From: Octopus vulgaris
Lineage: Eukaryota
NCBI GenBank assembly: GCA_951406725.2
Contig: OX597828.1
Coordinates: forward strand, 25,978,001-26,042,000
Reading direction: 5' to 3'
Length of the DNA: 64,000 bases
A model generated the notes under the pieces. That model searched no databases. It had not been told where the DNA came from and was given only the letters and a program-made list of their open reading frames with translations. The position numbers and the translations under genes were made by a program. Position 1 is the stretch's first letter, and each line of letters starts with the position of its first letter. This document shows positions 13,868 to 27,772 of this stretch, piece by piece.

Positions 13868-14198
13868 TCGAAGCGACGAAAGCAAGGAGGTAAAGGAGTA
13901 CATAAATATAGGGTGTACGGTGGATATACCCGAGACATGGATACTGAATATTAATGACCTGCAGGAACACTATATTCCGTTATGCAACCATAATATACTG
14001 CAAAGTACATTAAACGATTTTGTAAGTCAATGCTGTGTTCTTCTGTGTTAGCAGTGCTATTGCATCACGTGTTAAGGTTATCTCTACCGACAATTCTATA
14101 AGAATTGTAGCCGTCACTGATTTGGTTACGATGCAACAAAACAGTGCTGCTTGTAGTTTCTAGAAAAAATTTGTAGAAGGTGTTTAACTCAGTAGAGG

Positions 14199-14292
14199 AT
14201 GTACTCAAGAAAAAAGACAGACAATGTCATACGTGCCAGACACTTCAATACTACCATCCTACCAACCCTCTTATACACAACTGAGACATGGT
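14199..14292 (+). mobile_element. RTE-clade LINE fragment
   Basis: IRARHFNTTILPTLLYTTETW resembles RTE LFNSTVLPAMLYGSETW. Confidence 0.6.
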
Positions 14293-14392
14293 TTACTACG
14301 AGAGAGTACAGAACACCGATTGGGTTGGACACAAAGGGCCATGGATATTTCCATGCTAAATATACCATCATCAGTGATTATATAATCATCTT

Positions 14393-14620
14393 CATCATCA
14401 TCATCATCATCATTTAACGTCCAATTTCCATGCTGGCATGGTCTGGACGGGTTGACTGAAAACTGCTAAGCTGGTGGGCTGCACCAGGTTTCGATTTGAT
14501 TTGGCAAGGTTTCTACGGCTGGATGCTCTTCCTAATGCCAACCACCCCGAGAGTGTAGTGGATGTTTTTATGGGCCACCGGCACAGGTGCCAATGACCTG
14601 ACACCGGCATCGGCCACGAC
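14393..14620 (-). mobile_element. RTE-related non-autonomous element / SINE tail
   Basis: Minus strand has tggttggcattaggaagagcatccagccgtagaaac (RTE-UTR-like motif, from memory) and a 3' end ggacgttaaa(tga)n. Confidence 0.7.
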
Positions 14621-14957
14621 TACGGTCTGAAAGGTTTACACAAGCATGGTTTATCGCCAAAGATCTTATATATATAATAACAATAATGCATCGCTACACG
14701 CGTTTCCACATGTTTCTTAAGATCCAAGTCCGTATTTCTGAGATGATTACAGTGTTCTCCGTTGTATCCGTAGGTTGATCACCTTCATGGATTCATTTCT
14801 TCAGATATAGCATTAATGGATGTACAACAGAGGGATGCTTATCCCTTTTTACCAGAATGAAGGTCAAACGCGTATCAACTCCTCCTCCTCCTCCTCCTCC
14901 TTCTTCTTCTTCTTCTTCTTCTTCTTCTTCTTCTTCTTCTTCTTCTTCTTGTTCTTG

Positions 14958-15206
14958 TCCAGCTATAGGGAGCTTATCTGGTATCTCTTGAAGAAATTTG
15001 TCCTGATTTCGCTTGAAGATGATGAGATCTTTTCTTTTGGTTTGTTTCGGAAAAATGCTAAACAAAACCGGACCTGTTGCGGAAACGAAATTGTGTTACA
15101 GTGTATTTATGCGTTGTGTCCGATGAATTCTGAATCTGACGTTAAGGTCGTTTAGGCAATGTTGGTTGTATATATTCTCCATATCATGCAAATGATGTAG
15201 CGCTCA
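14958..15206 (-). mobile_element. CR1/L2-group LINE 3' relic
   Basis: ERYIICMIWRI ... GPVLFSIFPK ... FKRNQDKFLQEIPD, typical of the ORF2 C-terminus. Confidence 0.7.
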
Positions 15207-15934
15207 GGGCTAAAACCATTACACTGTGGAAGAGTCACGTTAACCCATATCATTTACATAAATTAAATGTGTTGTATTTACATTAATTTGCTCATGTGAC
15301 CATTTTTCTTTTCCTGCACGGATGTTTCTCTCTCGTTAAAAGCTAGGATTTATTATTTGTAAGCTTAGCACTTATTCTACCGGTGTCTTTTGCAGAACCG
15401 CTAAGTTACGGGGAAGGAGACAGCGACATTGATTGTCAAGCGATGATGAGGGAACAAACACACACACACACAAATATACACATATCTACATACATACATA
15501 AACATATATACATATATATATATACATAAATACACATACATATATACACACATAGATACACAAATAAACACACACACACAAACATATATATATATATATA
15601 CATTTACACACATACATATATGCATAACAACATACATATCTATACACATATATACACATACATATATACACACATATACATATATTTATATATATACACT
15701 TATAAACATGTATATATACATATAAATATACTCCCATAATCGAAAAATTACATATACATACAGGTATACAAGCATGCATAAAGACAGATATATAGTATCA
15801 GATATAGATGCAAACAACATATATTCATATATACATATATATATATACATTTATTCAGATATGCACAATCAAATATACACACATATGCGCACATACACAT
15901 AGTTACATACAAGTACATATATATAAACACTTAA

Positions 15935-16340
15935 AATTTTCTAAACACATATTTAGAATAGTGTGTAAAAAATAGAACGCTCTCACGTCTTTCATTAAGT
16001 AATTTCTTCTTAGATGTTTAGATCTGATATAATTCATCTACACATAGGTTACATCTAACATCATTAATTTCGTACGATCTAGCATGACTATGTATTTCCC
16101 CATTTATGTTGTACAATTTCTTACTATCCTTTAACTTCCATATTAGTTTACTCAAACTAGTACTGTTAAACCTATCCCTATTCCTAAAAGTATACTCATG
16201 GTTTGCGATTCGTTTCTTAATAAAATTTTGCGTAAACCTATGTAAAAACATTTTTTTCTGTTCCGATTTAACCCTACATCTATATACGATGTTATTTTGA
16301 AAACAGAAATGATTAAAATAACATTTATTCTTATAAAAGG
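15935..16340 (-). mobile_element. Penelope-like element, GIY-YIG endonuclease relic
   Basis: NIVYRCRV...KKRIANHEYTFRN...STSLSKLIWKLKD...RCNLCVDELYQI...LLNER. Abuts (AT)n at 16345. Homologous to 62943-63556. Confidence 0.8.
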
Positions 16341-16343
16341 GAA

Positions 16344-16380
<37 letters not shown>

Positions 16381-17149
16381 CATAGATAGACTGATAGATA
16401 GATATGCATATAATCACCCCATACACACACATAATGGATCATTTACTTGTATAGGATTCCTTCACCTCTTTCTTGTTTTTAATGTTCTTCTCCCTTCTTC
16501 GTCACCGTATTAATTATCTATAGACGATAAAGCAACTACCTTAGATTTATAAGCGACAAGTCAATTCTCTTACATTAGTTTTACTTGAGCAAGTTAATAA
16601 GCCGGTGATAAAATGAACCAAGATCGTATGCATTTAAATAGTTTACTCATTCTTTTATTACTTATAGAATAGTTTCGATTCTCAGAAAAATCATTATTAC
16701 AAATGTAAAAAAAAAAATATATTTAAAGGGAAATTATATTTGCATCAATAATGTATTCGAATCGAAGCATAAACATAGAAGCATTTACTTATTGAAACTA
16801 GATAAGCGCTAAAAGGTCAAACTATTAGTTCGATACGTGTTTCCACCGCTCTAAAATCCGGACTGTTCATCAGATGGAATTTCAGATTCTGAATAGCTTT
16901 TCTTTATCTGATGAAAATCTTTGTCTTGCTCGTTTAAAGGAATTGATGAATCGTATTGTATAATGGTCTCGATTTGAATCAGGTGATAACACGAAAACTT
17001 TTCGTCACCGTATTGATCGAAGATGACGAGTCTGTATTTTAAAGGGGAAAAATTGCATATGGCCGATACATGTGATTGCTGCACAAATTGAAGTATCCTC
17101 GATCCTAAGACAGGTAAAATATTTTCCATCCAAAACATACATACATACA

Positions 17150-17346
17150 TAAGCCGTTTTTGAGGGGAAGGGATAAGTCGATTACATCGACCATAGTACT
17201 TGAGTAGTGCTTGTTTTATCGACCCTCAAAGGATGAAAGGAAAAAAGTCGAACTCGGTGGAATATAAAATCAGAGCGTAAAGACGAACAAAATGTCGCTA
17301 AGCATTTTGACCGGAGTGCTATCGACCTCTAACAGCTCGTCGCCTT
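17150..17346 (-). mobile_element. SINE family A
   Basis: Reverse-complement core aagtcgattacatcgacc...atcgaccctcaaaggatgaaagg...cagctcgtcgcctt. Confidence 0.8.
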
Positions 17347-17509
17347 CATGACGAAATTGTAATAAAAAAACAATTTTACATTTGACGGAAGGATTATTCA
17401 ATACTTTTTGTGAGAAACGTATTTATTATTCTTTAAAAAATACTATTCAGGTGTAAATTGAGTATGATAGTGTGAATTGCAGGTACAATCGATCCGATGG
17501 GGTTCTACT

Positions 17510-17870
17510 TAGTTTCCGATTATTCGGTTAGACTCACAAAACTTTTGCTGAAATTATATGCTCAAGATACCCAGGCAGTGACATCGAAACCCACACCTCA
17601 TGGTAAGGAAGCGAATTTTTAACCCACTCCATCATGCCTGCGACCATCCGCACATATGTTCACACACACATATCTTTTATATTTTACCTTTCCTCTTAAT
17701 TATTGGACTGTGGCCATGCTGGGACCCTGCCTTTAGATATTTAATCGAACCGATCAACTCCAATACTTATTTTTAAATCCGGTACTTCTACTCTCGGTCT
17801 CTTTCACCAAAAGACGGATATAAACAAACCAACACCAACTGCTAAGCGAGTTTAGATCAAACACATGTAC
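17510..17870 (-). mobile_element. Degraded SINE family B pieces
   Basis: 5' half-like at 17510-17640 and 3' half-like (gactgtggccatgctggg...tctcggtctcttt...aacaccaact) at 17675-17870. Confidence 0.6.
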
Positions 17871-18277
17871 ACAGGCATTGCATACATATATTCATACATA
17901 TACACTTATGTGTGTGTGTGTACACACACTCAAGCATATGTATTATGTTCCTTAGAATAAGTAAATGCGACTTAAAGATCTCAGTGTTAAGTTAGTACGC
18001 AGTAATGTATTTAGTATGACTCAATAAATTGATTACTAATTTGAGTTTGCTTTTTTTTTTCTTTCATGCGTGAATAAAGAAGAATAAAGCTATTCCTATG
18101 TTGTTCTACAGTCCTCTGCTATAGTTGACCATCTGTCAACCGGTCGGCAAAATCGATTCGTGTGACGCACTTAACATGAAGGTATTTCTCATGAAAAAAC
18201 AATCGGGCAAACATTTGGGTGTGGTTCTTTACTTTAAACAGTCACAAAAAGAAATTCGGGTTAATAATTATATATTG

Positions 18278-18308
<31 letters not shown>

Positions 18309-18789
18309 ACACATACACGTATGTGTGTGTGTGTGTGTGTGATACAATATACATATATATACTCACATATACATACATGCGTATATGTACTTGTGCATAC
18401 ACATTCATATGTACATACATACATTCATGCTTATATGTGTGTATGTGTGAATGGTGTATGTATGGATATATACGCGCGCGTGGACCTGTTATTGCGTGCA
18501 GGGTGGTTAATACATTTAGTGTTAGCTTACAGTGAATATGATAAAAATGGTTGCCAACGCCCAGTTTTTTTCTAGTAATTTCTGTAACGTAAACTAATCT
18601 TAAAATGCTATCGACTGTAACCGCACGCATGGAAAAATGGCAAATTCTATGTGAATATAAGCTGATTAAAATTTGTAACGAGCGTAGAGTAAGGTTTGAA
18701 TTATAGAATGCTATTCTCAGAGAAATATTTGTAATTATAAAACTTTATTGTTTCTATGCATCCAGTCGGAGTCTGTGGAAATTCTTTTG

Positions 18790-19150
18790 CCGGTCTTATT
18801 TTCAGCAAACCAATTCCACAGCAATTACAATCAGATTTATTTTGTCCGTCCGCTAGTAAAGTATAGCTAGAGAATTTAATCTCCTGTGTGCCATCTTGAT
18901 CGAAGACACGTTTTTAATTGTTTTGCTAGAGAAAGTGTACGTTCCGATGAAACAGATGTTGCCAGATTTACTAGTAAAAGTTGACAAATTTTACAAATTA
19001 CCGCTCAGCTCTCAGCCACATTTTTTTTCATTCACGTAGTCTACGATGTTAGCTAAGCAGCAAATAGAGATGTTTCTCATGGAAACTTCAACTGCCAGAA
19101 GTTTAGAATACGGAGAATTAATGTCAATGTCTTCGGCACCCCTCTCTGTA
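18790..19150 (-). pseudogene. hAT transposase C-terminal dimerisation-domain relic
   Basis: The reverse complement translates VICKICQLLLVNLATSVSSERTLSLAKQLKTCLRS, frameshift, MAHRRLNSLAIL...TDKINLIVIA. This matches the hAT pattern P.TS..AERSFS...LKT.LRSTM...RLN.LA.L. Absent from the ORF track. Confidence 0.8.
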
Positions 19151-19154
19151 ATAA

Positions 19155-19350
19155 TGACTTCAAATTTTGGCAGAGGGCCATATAACTTTAGGAGAGTTGA
19201 TTACATTGATACCAGTACATTGATACTGGTACATTTTTTATCGACTCAGAAAGGATGAAAGACAAAGCCGACATTGGTAATATTTGAACTCAGAACCAAC
19301 GCCTCTAATCATTTCGCCCGGCGTGCTAAGGATTTTGTAAGCTCGCTGTC
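19155..19350 (-). mobile_element. SINE family A (degraded)
   Basis: ttatcgactcagaaaggatgaaagacaaagccgac...tttgaactcagaac...atttcgcccggcgtgctaa. Confidence 0.75.
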
Positions 19351-19416
19351 TTATATCTTTCTGTAACAATATTGATTTGTGATGAGGTGTTTGTGTGTGT
19401 GTGTGTGTGTGTGTGC

Positions 19417-19476
<60 letters not shown>

Positions 19477-20663
19477 GTGTGTGTGTGTTGGTCGCCTTTA
19501 AAAATAGTTGTAACATATTTGAATAAGGCGTTGGCCGATTGAAGGAATTATTGTCTCAGGCCTCGAGATACACATGTATGTTATTGTCTCGTGCTTAAAA
19601 TAAATATATATATATACGTAATTCCCTGCCCAGTTTTCTAGAGGACTTTCGCTTTCGTAGTGGTACGATGAAATGGTCCTTCCGTCACATTTCCAAATAT
19701 CAAATAGATGTTAAACAAATCACCTTTCCTTATAATTTCTTCCATCATTTGACCATCTGTTGCCAACTCTTTAGCTGTTTGCAGGGATTTGATGAATTAG
19801 TTGTATGTGAGTCTAAGAGCTGGCCAAGACAGACAAACCTAAAGCAGAGCTGAATAGAGAAAGCATGTCTTTGGTGAAGTTACAAATGGCAACGAAAGAG
19901 CCTTGACAAATCTAGCTGATTGTTTGATCGAACTATTAATCAAATGACTGATTAGTTAATTTTTTAAATGGCCGACTAATTGACTAATAATAATAAAAGA
20001 AGTGAGACAGAACCAGTGCAGGCGTTTATTATTGGCATAATGACCCTTCTGAGAAACAACGAAGTCTGTTTCAACACACGAGTTCATATAAAAAATCTTG
20101 CAAACCAAATACATATAATTGGTCTGGCAACTAATTATTTGGCCTTAAACATTGTAACCCGGTTGTGACCGAAGACAATTGAGAATACATTATAGGCAAC
20201 ACGTACGTAGGACTGAATGATTATAACGAAGACAATTCGAAGTTAAGATACGAACAGACATCAATTTACTTTCAAACTTTTTCTCAACCCCCCCAAATAA
20301 GTTTCTAGTCTTGTTTCTTGTTCTGCCACAAATCATTCTGCTCACCTACAAATAAATGTACAACTGTATTTGCAGTCATGTCATGGAGTTTATAGTAGTT
20401 TAAAATATTACTGAACATTTTATATCTGACAAAAAAAAAGTTCTGGTTGACCACCAAACGTTTGTCGACTCAGCAAGTTCATAGAGTATGTTATTCCAAG
20501 CTGGATTCATTGCTACATTCGTCGGCATTAAATGCTCGAAAAAAACAACTTAGTGCTTACTTCATCAAGTAAGTCTCTCATAACATAGTCAAAGATTGTA
20601 GAGCAGCACTCATTTTATACAACGTAATCGTTACTACCTTTGTCGAGCGATACTAGTAATAGG

Positions 20664-21296
20664 AACTACCTTTCCCATTCAATACTACCAGATTAAACAG
20701 ATTAGATTATTCTTCAAAGTTTCTTTGCCTGGCTATTCTTTAAAGGTAAATGGAGGGCAAATACTTTTTTTTATTAATAATTTTTGTTATTCAATATCCT
20801 ATTTTAAAAAAAACTTTCATCCAACAATTTTTTAACCCTATTACGTTTAAGAATCGATCGTTACTTCTAATTTAATACCGGCGCAGCGATAAGGCGGCGA
20901 GCTGGCAGAAACGTTAGCACGCCGGGCGAAATGCGTAGCCGTATTTCGTCTGTCGTTACGTTGTGAGTTCAAATTCCGCCGAGGTCGACTTTACCTTTCA
21001 TCCTTTCGGGGTCGATAAATAAAGTACCAGTTACGTACTGGGGTCGATGTAATTGACTTAACCCCTTTGTCTGTCCTTGTTTGTCCCCGCTATGTCTAGC
21101 CCCTTGTGGGCAATAAAGAAATAGATATTCAGAGAATATCGTTTTTCTTTGTTTTTGCTTTACAGTCGGAAAATCCTTCTACCAAAACCTTCCACTAAAT
21201 CCTTCTAACATGCTATAGTTTCCAGTTTTCTTTATACTTTCATAATATTTTGCGAAAGATAAACTGTACACTCGTAGTCATAAGAACAAAGTAAAA
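20664..21296. repeat. Left arm of ~395-bp inverted duplication (contains a SINE insertion)
   Basis: Reverse complement of 26868-27261 once the SINE at 20891-21123 is removed. Confidence 0.92.
20891..21123 (+). mobile_element. SINE family A, full length and young
   Basis: Near-consensus head to tail (...agccccttgtgggcaataaagaaata). Possible 4-bp TSD gata. The empty site is present in the inverted paralogue. Confidence 0.92.
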
Positions 21297-21474
21297 TGCA
21301 TGAATGGATGAGTAATAAGCACAAACCTATGATTTGTGTAATAGGTTGGTTGAGCGGATGATGATTGAGAAAACAGAACTGAAAGTAATGCGATGAATTG
21401 GAATTGAGGGATCAGACGGACGGAGCAGATAATGTGAAGCATTCTGTCTGACTCGTCCAATTCGCATCTTAATA

Positions 21475-21845
21475 TCCTCTCTAATATAGGCACAACACCT
21501 GCAATTTGGGGGAGGGGATAGTCGACTATCTCGATCCCAGTGCTCAATGGGTCCTTATTTCATTGACCTCAAAAGGATGAAAGGCAAAATCGACCTCGAC
21601 GGTATTTGAACTCAGAATGTAAAGATAGACGAAATACCTATTTCTTTATTACCCACAAGGGGCTAAACACAGAGCGGACAAACAAGGACAGACATAGGTA
21701 TTAAGTCGATTACATCGACCCCAGTGCGTAACTGGTACTTAATTTATCGACCCCGAAAGGATGAAAGGCAAAATCGACCTCGACGGTATTTGAACTCAGA
21801 ATGTAAAGATGGACGAAATACCGCTACGCACTTCGTCCGACATGC
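21475..21845 (-). mobile_element. Two tandem SINE family A copies with different tails
   Basis: aaaggatgaaaggcaaaatcgacctcgacggtatttgaactcagaatgtaaagat.gacgaaatacc repeated at about 21572 and 21756. Confidence 0.85.
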
Positions 21846-22304
21846 TCACTTCCTTTTATACACAGCCTAAAATCAATAACCAATTCTGAGTCGCCATGTA
21901 ATACATCAGGTGTAAATTTATACAAGATAGCCTCCAAATGGTAATTTTTCAAACTTCTCGCCGCTATCTGTATATTTTTACACGTCATATATTATACAGT
22001 AATTATCAATTCATTGCATGGTCTATTGTTCAATAACTAAAGCATTTTTTTATCACCGTAAAGAAATAATTCAAGTCTGAAAGGGTTAATTGCTAAACTA
22101 AAATAAATAACAATTCGTATTAGAAATAATAATTAACAATTCATGAAACAAACTAATTACTTGCCTGATATTCCACTGATATTCACAATAGACGCAATTT
22201 GAATGTAAACATAAACGCTATTCTTTCGGTTCTGTCATTCAATCGACACAGACACATAGAGTCGTAAGGGTTGCGGTTAGAGAATATCTGAATAGTATAA
22301 CTGG

Positions 22305-22730
22305 TTTCGAGTTTTTGGCACAAGGCCAGCAATTTTGGAGGAGGGATAAGTCGATTACATCGACTTGTATTTACTTTATCGATCCCAAAAGAATGAAAGA
22401 CAAAGTCGATCCCAGCAGAATTTGAACTCAGAGTGTCAGTCAGAAGAAATGCCGCTGAGCCACTTTCTAGGTGCGGTAACGTTTCCGCCAGTTTGCCGCC
22501 ATATTTGAATAGAATTATTAAACTTTGAAAAGCGGCGAACAATCGGAATCACTCGTAGGCGGGATGAAATGCTTAGCAGCATTTCCTCTGACATAAGTTC
22601 AAATGCCACCAAGGTCGACTTTGTTTTTGATTCTTTCGGGTTTGATGAAATAAGTGCCAGTTGAGCCCTGGAATCGACGTAATCGATAAGACCTCTAAAT
22701 TTCAGGTCTCTTTCCTGTAAATAGAAAGAA
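22305..22730. mobile_element. Head-to-head pair of SINE family A copies
   Basis: Minus copy at about 22305-22500 and plus copy at about 22530-22730. Confidence 0.75.
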
Positions 22731-23835
22731 TAATTAGACATGGAATCATTTTGTCTCTAGGTGCACAACGAATATTTAGATATGGTTCTTTAATCCAGGA
22801 AACATTAAACTTTAATACTTGGAATAAAATACTTCTATTCTGCCATTTGCGAGTATCTTTTTATGGAAAGAGAGGAATAAAGTTCCTCTCCGGAGCAGCG
22901 GCCCTCTCCCTTTCTCCCTTCCTCTGTGTGTGTATGTGTGTGTGTGTGTGTGTGTGTGTATGCGTCCTTGTGGGTATATTCTTTTATTCTTTCATATGTT
23001 TCAGCCCTAAGGCAGTGGCCTTGCTGGGGCACCGCCAGGCAGAGTAAGGCTTATGCCGACCGGGAGCTGAAGCCGGATCAATTGCTCGGAAGATAACCAC
23101 GCTAACCGCTGCGTGCTTTCTAGTTAACTGCCTGTCTTTCTGTTCTCTGTATTTCTCTCTCTCTCTCACTCTCTCTACATATATATATATACATAGATAG
23201 AGAGAGAGAGAGAGAGAGAGAAAGAGAGGCAGGAGGAGAGACAGACCGAGACAGAGAAGCATACAAACACACTCTCACTTACATACGAACGTACAGATAT
23301 GCAGACAAACTATCTTGAAGATAGCATATTTGACATTGACGTCTAGAGTTAAATTTGATGACTATAAGCGCATATTCACGTACACATGCGCAAATGTACA
23401 TACACATATACAGACATATGTGTGTGTGTGTGTATGTGTGTGTGAGCGCTCGCGCATATTGATCTATGCGTGTTTCTTGCTATAAATTGTAACAAGTGCT
23501 TTGATTGGTTTCCCGGTTTAGTTATGCCAGTTAAGCTATTTCAGTTATTCTTGCTCCACAGAACAGACATCGGAACAGAAAAGTATACATACATACATAC
23601 ATACATACATACATACATACATACATACATACATACATACATACATACATACATACATACATACATACATACATACATACAGACAGACAGACAGACATAC
23701 ATATACACATACACACACACATATATATATATGTACATATATATATACATACATTTATATACATATATATGCATACGTATATATACATATATATACATAC
23801 ATATATGTATATATATACATATATACCTATGTATG

Positions 23836-23869
<34 letters not shown>

Positions 23870-23939
23870 CAAGGTATATATACATGTATCATATTTATTC
23901 ATACATGTATAAATATATATATATCTTGTGTGTGTGTGT

Positions 23940-23973
<34 letters not shown>

Positions 23974-24288
23974 AAAACATACGCACGTATATGAGTATAT
24001 AAAATTGCGTGAGATATACAGTCACATAAAGACGCACGAAAACACACTGAAATAACACGAGCAAATACTGAATAAAAGAAAAAAAATGTGGGGCGTCAAA
24101 TGCATGAAAAGAGAGAAATATAAGGAGACAAAAGAAAAAAAAACAAAAACAGGGGAAAAAACAGCGACAGCCTCAAGTGTTTAACAATGCGAGCCAGAAC
24201 CATTCTGTGACATTGCTTTGGTATATACCCAATGAATTCCAATGGTAAACACATAGATTCCGAGCTGGGTACGTATATGTATATGTGT

Positions 24289-24355
<67 letters not shown>

Positions 24356-24568
24356 TATACGTATGTATATGTTATGTATATGTGTATGTGTGTATGTGTG
24401 TCGGTGTGTGTTTGCGTATGCATGTTTTATAATCCTATCAACTCAATCAGACTGACAAGCAAACAACGGATGACTTCTAACAAACACTGACCGGCTCCCA
24501 AGGATTAAAATAACTAAAACAGTACCAATCGCACGCACGCACACACACACGCACACACACACACACAC

Positions 24569-24614
<46 letters not shown>

Positions 24615-24644
24615 GCACGGGCACACATGCACGGACGCACGCAC

Positions 24645-24914
24645 ACGTTAGCGCGCCGATCGAAATGCTTAGCGGTATTTTGTCTGCGGCGAGCTGGCAG
24701 AAACGTTAGCACGCCGGGCGAAATGCTTAGCGGTATTTCGTCTGCCGCTACGTTCTGAGTTCAAATTCCGCCGAGGTCGACTTTGCCTTTCATCCTTCCG
24801 GGGTCGATAAATTAAGTACCAGTTACGCACTAGGGTCGATGTAATCGACTTAATCCGTTTGTGTGTCCTTGTTTGTCTCCTCTGTGTTTAGCCCCTTGTG
24901 AGTAGTAAAGAAAT
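24645..24914 (+). mobile_element. SINE family A with a duplicated 5' segment
   Basis: cgttagcgcgccgatcgaaatgcttagcggtatttt precedes a complete copy starting gcggcgagctggcag at 24686. Confidence 0.85.
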
Positions 24915-25109
24915 ATATATACGTATGTAAATACGTATGACATCGCCACAAGAAGTCGTAGTTGATGTGCCTGCTAAATTTGCCCTGGACAGGCTTACCA
25001 TCCTTTCCAATGTGGATCGTTTCGGTCATGCGCACCGTAGCTGCCATTTTGCCGGTGACCGGCCGATCTTTTTTATCATATGTATATCTGTGGCCTAATC
25101 ATCGTTTAA

Positions 25110-25420
25110 GTTTACTTGTTTCAGTTATATACAGGGATGTAAACACACCGACAGCGGTTGTCAAGCGGTAGTGGGGGAAAGAAGCACACACACACACACA
25201 TACACACACGCACACACACGCACACATTACACACCACACTACACTCATGCACATATATACGACAGGCTTCTTACAGTTTTCATCTAGCAAATCCACTGAC
25301 AGGGGTTTTGGTAAGCTTGAGGCTATAGTAGAAGACTGTTGCCCAAGGTGCTCTGCTGTGAGACTGAACTCGGAACTGTGTGTTTCGGAAGCAGGCTTTT
25401 TACCACACAGCCACGCCTGT
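25110..25420 (-). mobile_element. SINE family B with internal (CA)n
   Basis: gtaaacacaccg...ggttgtcaagcg, then microsatellite, then ggctatagtagaagac...accacacagccacgcc. Confidence 0.8.
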
Positions 25421-25564
25421 ACCTATAAAAGTGAGATCTCACCGAAATTCTATTAGTCGAGGACGGTTAACATATTTCTTTCCTTTACTCTTTTCCACCA
25501 ACAAATAGACACATCTAGTTACTCCCTCAATCAATCAATTTGACTATTGTCTACTTTTTAAACA

Positions 25565-26020
25565 ACCTACCTGCCTACATACCTATCGACTTACCTACCT
25601 ACCTATCTACCTACCTACTTACCTATCTACCTACCTACTTACCTACCTCTTTACCTACCTATCTACCTACCTACCTACCTACCTACCTACCTATCTACCT
25701 ACTTACCTACCTACTTACCTACGTACCTGCCTACATACCTATCGACCTACCTACCTACCTATCTACCTACCTACCTACCTATCTACCTACCTACTTACCT
25801 ACCTACTTACCTACCTATCTACCTACCTACCTACCTATCTACCTACCTACTTACCTACCTACTTACCTACGTACCTGCCTACATACCTATCGACCTATTT
25901 ACCTACCTACCTACCTACCTACCTACCTATCTACCTACCTACCTACCTACCTACTTACCTACCTACCTACCTACATACCTACCTACCTACCTACCTACCT
26001 ACCTACCTACCTACCTACCT
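25565..26020. repeat. (CCTA)n tetranucleotide satellite with higher-order variants
   Basis: Visible. The variant cctgcctacatacctatcgac recurs at about 25570, 25726 and 25874. Confidence 0.95.
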
Positions 26021-26334
26021 ATTTGTCTATCTGTCTATCTATCAATGCATATGTCTGTCTGTCTGACAGTTTATGTGTCTATCTGGTTATTAATATTTAT
26101 ATCTACCTGAAGACGGCAAAGGTGGCAGAAGCATCGGCGACATTGCGTCCGTCTTTACGTGCCGAGTTCAAATTCCACCGACGTCGACTTTGACTTTCAT
26201 CATTTCGGGATCGACAAAATAATTACCACTGCCATACCGGCCTTGTGCCAAAAACTTAAATCAATATATATTTCTATCTATTAATTATCTGCCTATCTAT
26301 GTATCTGGCTCTCTTATCCTTTCTGATACACACA

Positions 26335-26405
<71 letters not shown>

Positions 26406-26867
26406 GCACACACACGCACACTTTGCTCTCTATCTATGTAACTATTTATGTGGCGATTTTAGAATTCTCAGTCCATCCTTATATATATGTCTTTCTGGCT
26501 ACCCAGCCACCCATCTGTCTGTCCGTTTTTCTGTATCTGTGTATGTATGTATGTATATATATACATGAATACGTTATATATATATATATATAATTGAGAA
26601 ATCCATACTTCATGTGAACGGATCGAATAAATGTAGACATTGTTTGGCTGAAAGAGCGCAGATCCTGTTCCAAGTTCCCCAACTCTCTATTGAACTCCAA
26701 ATCAGAAATATTCAGTCGATGCATGCATATGTATAAATATATTTTGAAGAATTGGAAAAATCCACCTATTCCTGACTGACATGATATCTTTCCAGCCTAA
26801 TCATTTAAGGTCTAATATTCATTTTTGACATTTTAGTTTCTGTTCTTCGTTTTTCCGTTGTTTAGTG

Positions 26868-27261
26868 TTTTACTTTGTTCTTATGACTACGAGTGTACAG
26901 TTTATCTTTCACAAAATATTATGAAAGTATACAGAAAACTGGAAACTATATCATGTTAGAAGGATTTAGTGGAAGGTTTTGGTAGAAGGATTTTCCGACT
27001 GTAAAGCAAAAACAAAGAAAAACGATATTCTCTGAATATCGTTGCGCCGGTATTAAATTTGAAGTAACGATCGATTCTTAAATGTAATAAGGCTAAAGAA
27101 TTGTTGGATGAAAGTTTTTTAAAAATAGGATATTGAATAACAAAAATTATTAATAAAAAAGTATTTGCCCTCCATTTACCTTTAAAGAATAGCCAGGCAA
27201 AGAAACTTTGAAAAATAATCTAATCTGTTTAATCTGGTAGTATTGAATAGGAAAGGCAGTT
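26868..27261. repeat. Right arm of inverted duplication (SINE-empty copy)
   Basis: Contains the uninterrupted junction gaatatcgttgcgccgg. Confidence 0.92.
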
Positions 27262-27330
27262 TTCTATATAGCGTTTTCTATATGCTGCCGTCTCAGTTTA
27301 TTTCGCGTTTCTCCTGTTATTCAATTTCTG

Positions 27331-27543
27331 TAAGGCGGCGAGCTGGCAGAATCGTTAGCTGGGCAAAATGCTTAGCGGCAATTCGTCCGTCCCTACGTTC
27401 TGAGTTCAAATTCTGTTGAGATCGATTTTACCTTTCATCCTTTCGGGATCGATAAATTAAGTACCAGTAGAGTACTGGTGTCGAGCTGATCAATTATTTC
27501 CCTCCGCCAAAATTTCGGGCCTTGTGCCTCTAGTAGAAAAAAA
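27331..27543 (+). mobile_element. SINE family A with 13-bp TSD
   Basis: ttattcaatttct at 27317-27329 and 27544-27556. Confidence 0.9.
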
Positions 27544-27667
27544 TTATTCAATTTCTCTAGTTCGTTATGATATGTGGTTTGTGCCTGAAGAATATGTTTG
27601 AGTTTTCTCAACATATGAAACTATTATTAGTGCTTTAATACATGTATTGTGACCTTTAAATAAATAA

Positions 27668-27772
<105 letters not shown>

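Noticed and set aside
12804-16873. CUGAUGA...GAAACACGUAUC at 12804 (+) and about 16831-16873 (-), and CUGAAGA...GAAACGCGUGUA at about 14692-14804 (-)
   Set aside because: Core words are present but stems I and II do not pair. Possible relics, not supportable.
20190-20280. TYVGL...KLRY...HQFTF, a GIY-YIG-like trace
   Set aside because: Too degenerate, and it needs frameshifts.
24980-25050. caaaATGGCAGC...GATG|gtaagc candidate first coding exon (-)
   Set aside because: It is short, wedged between SINEs, and has no homology or downstream exon.
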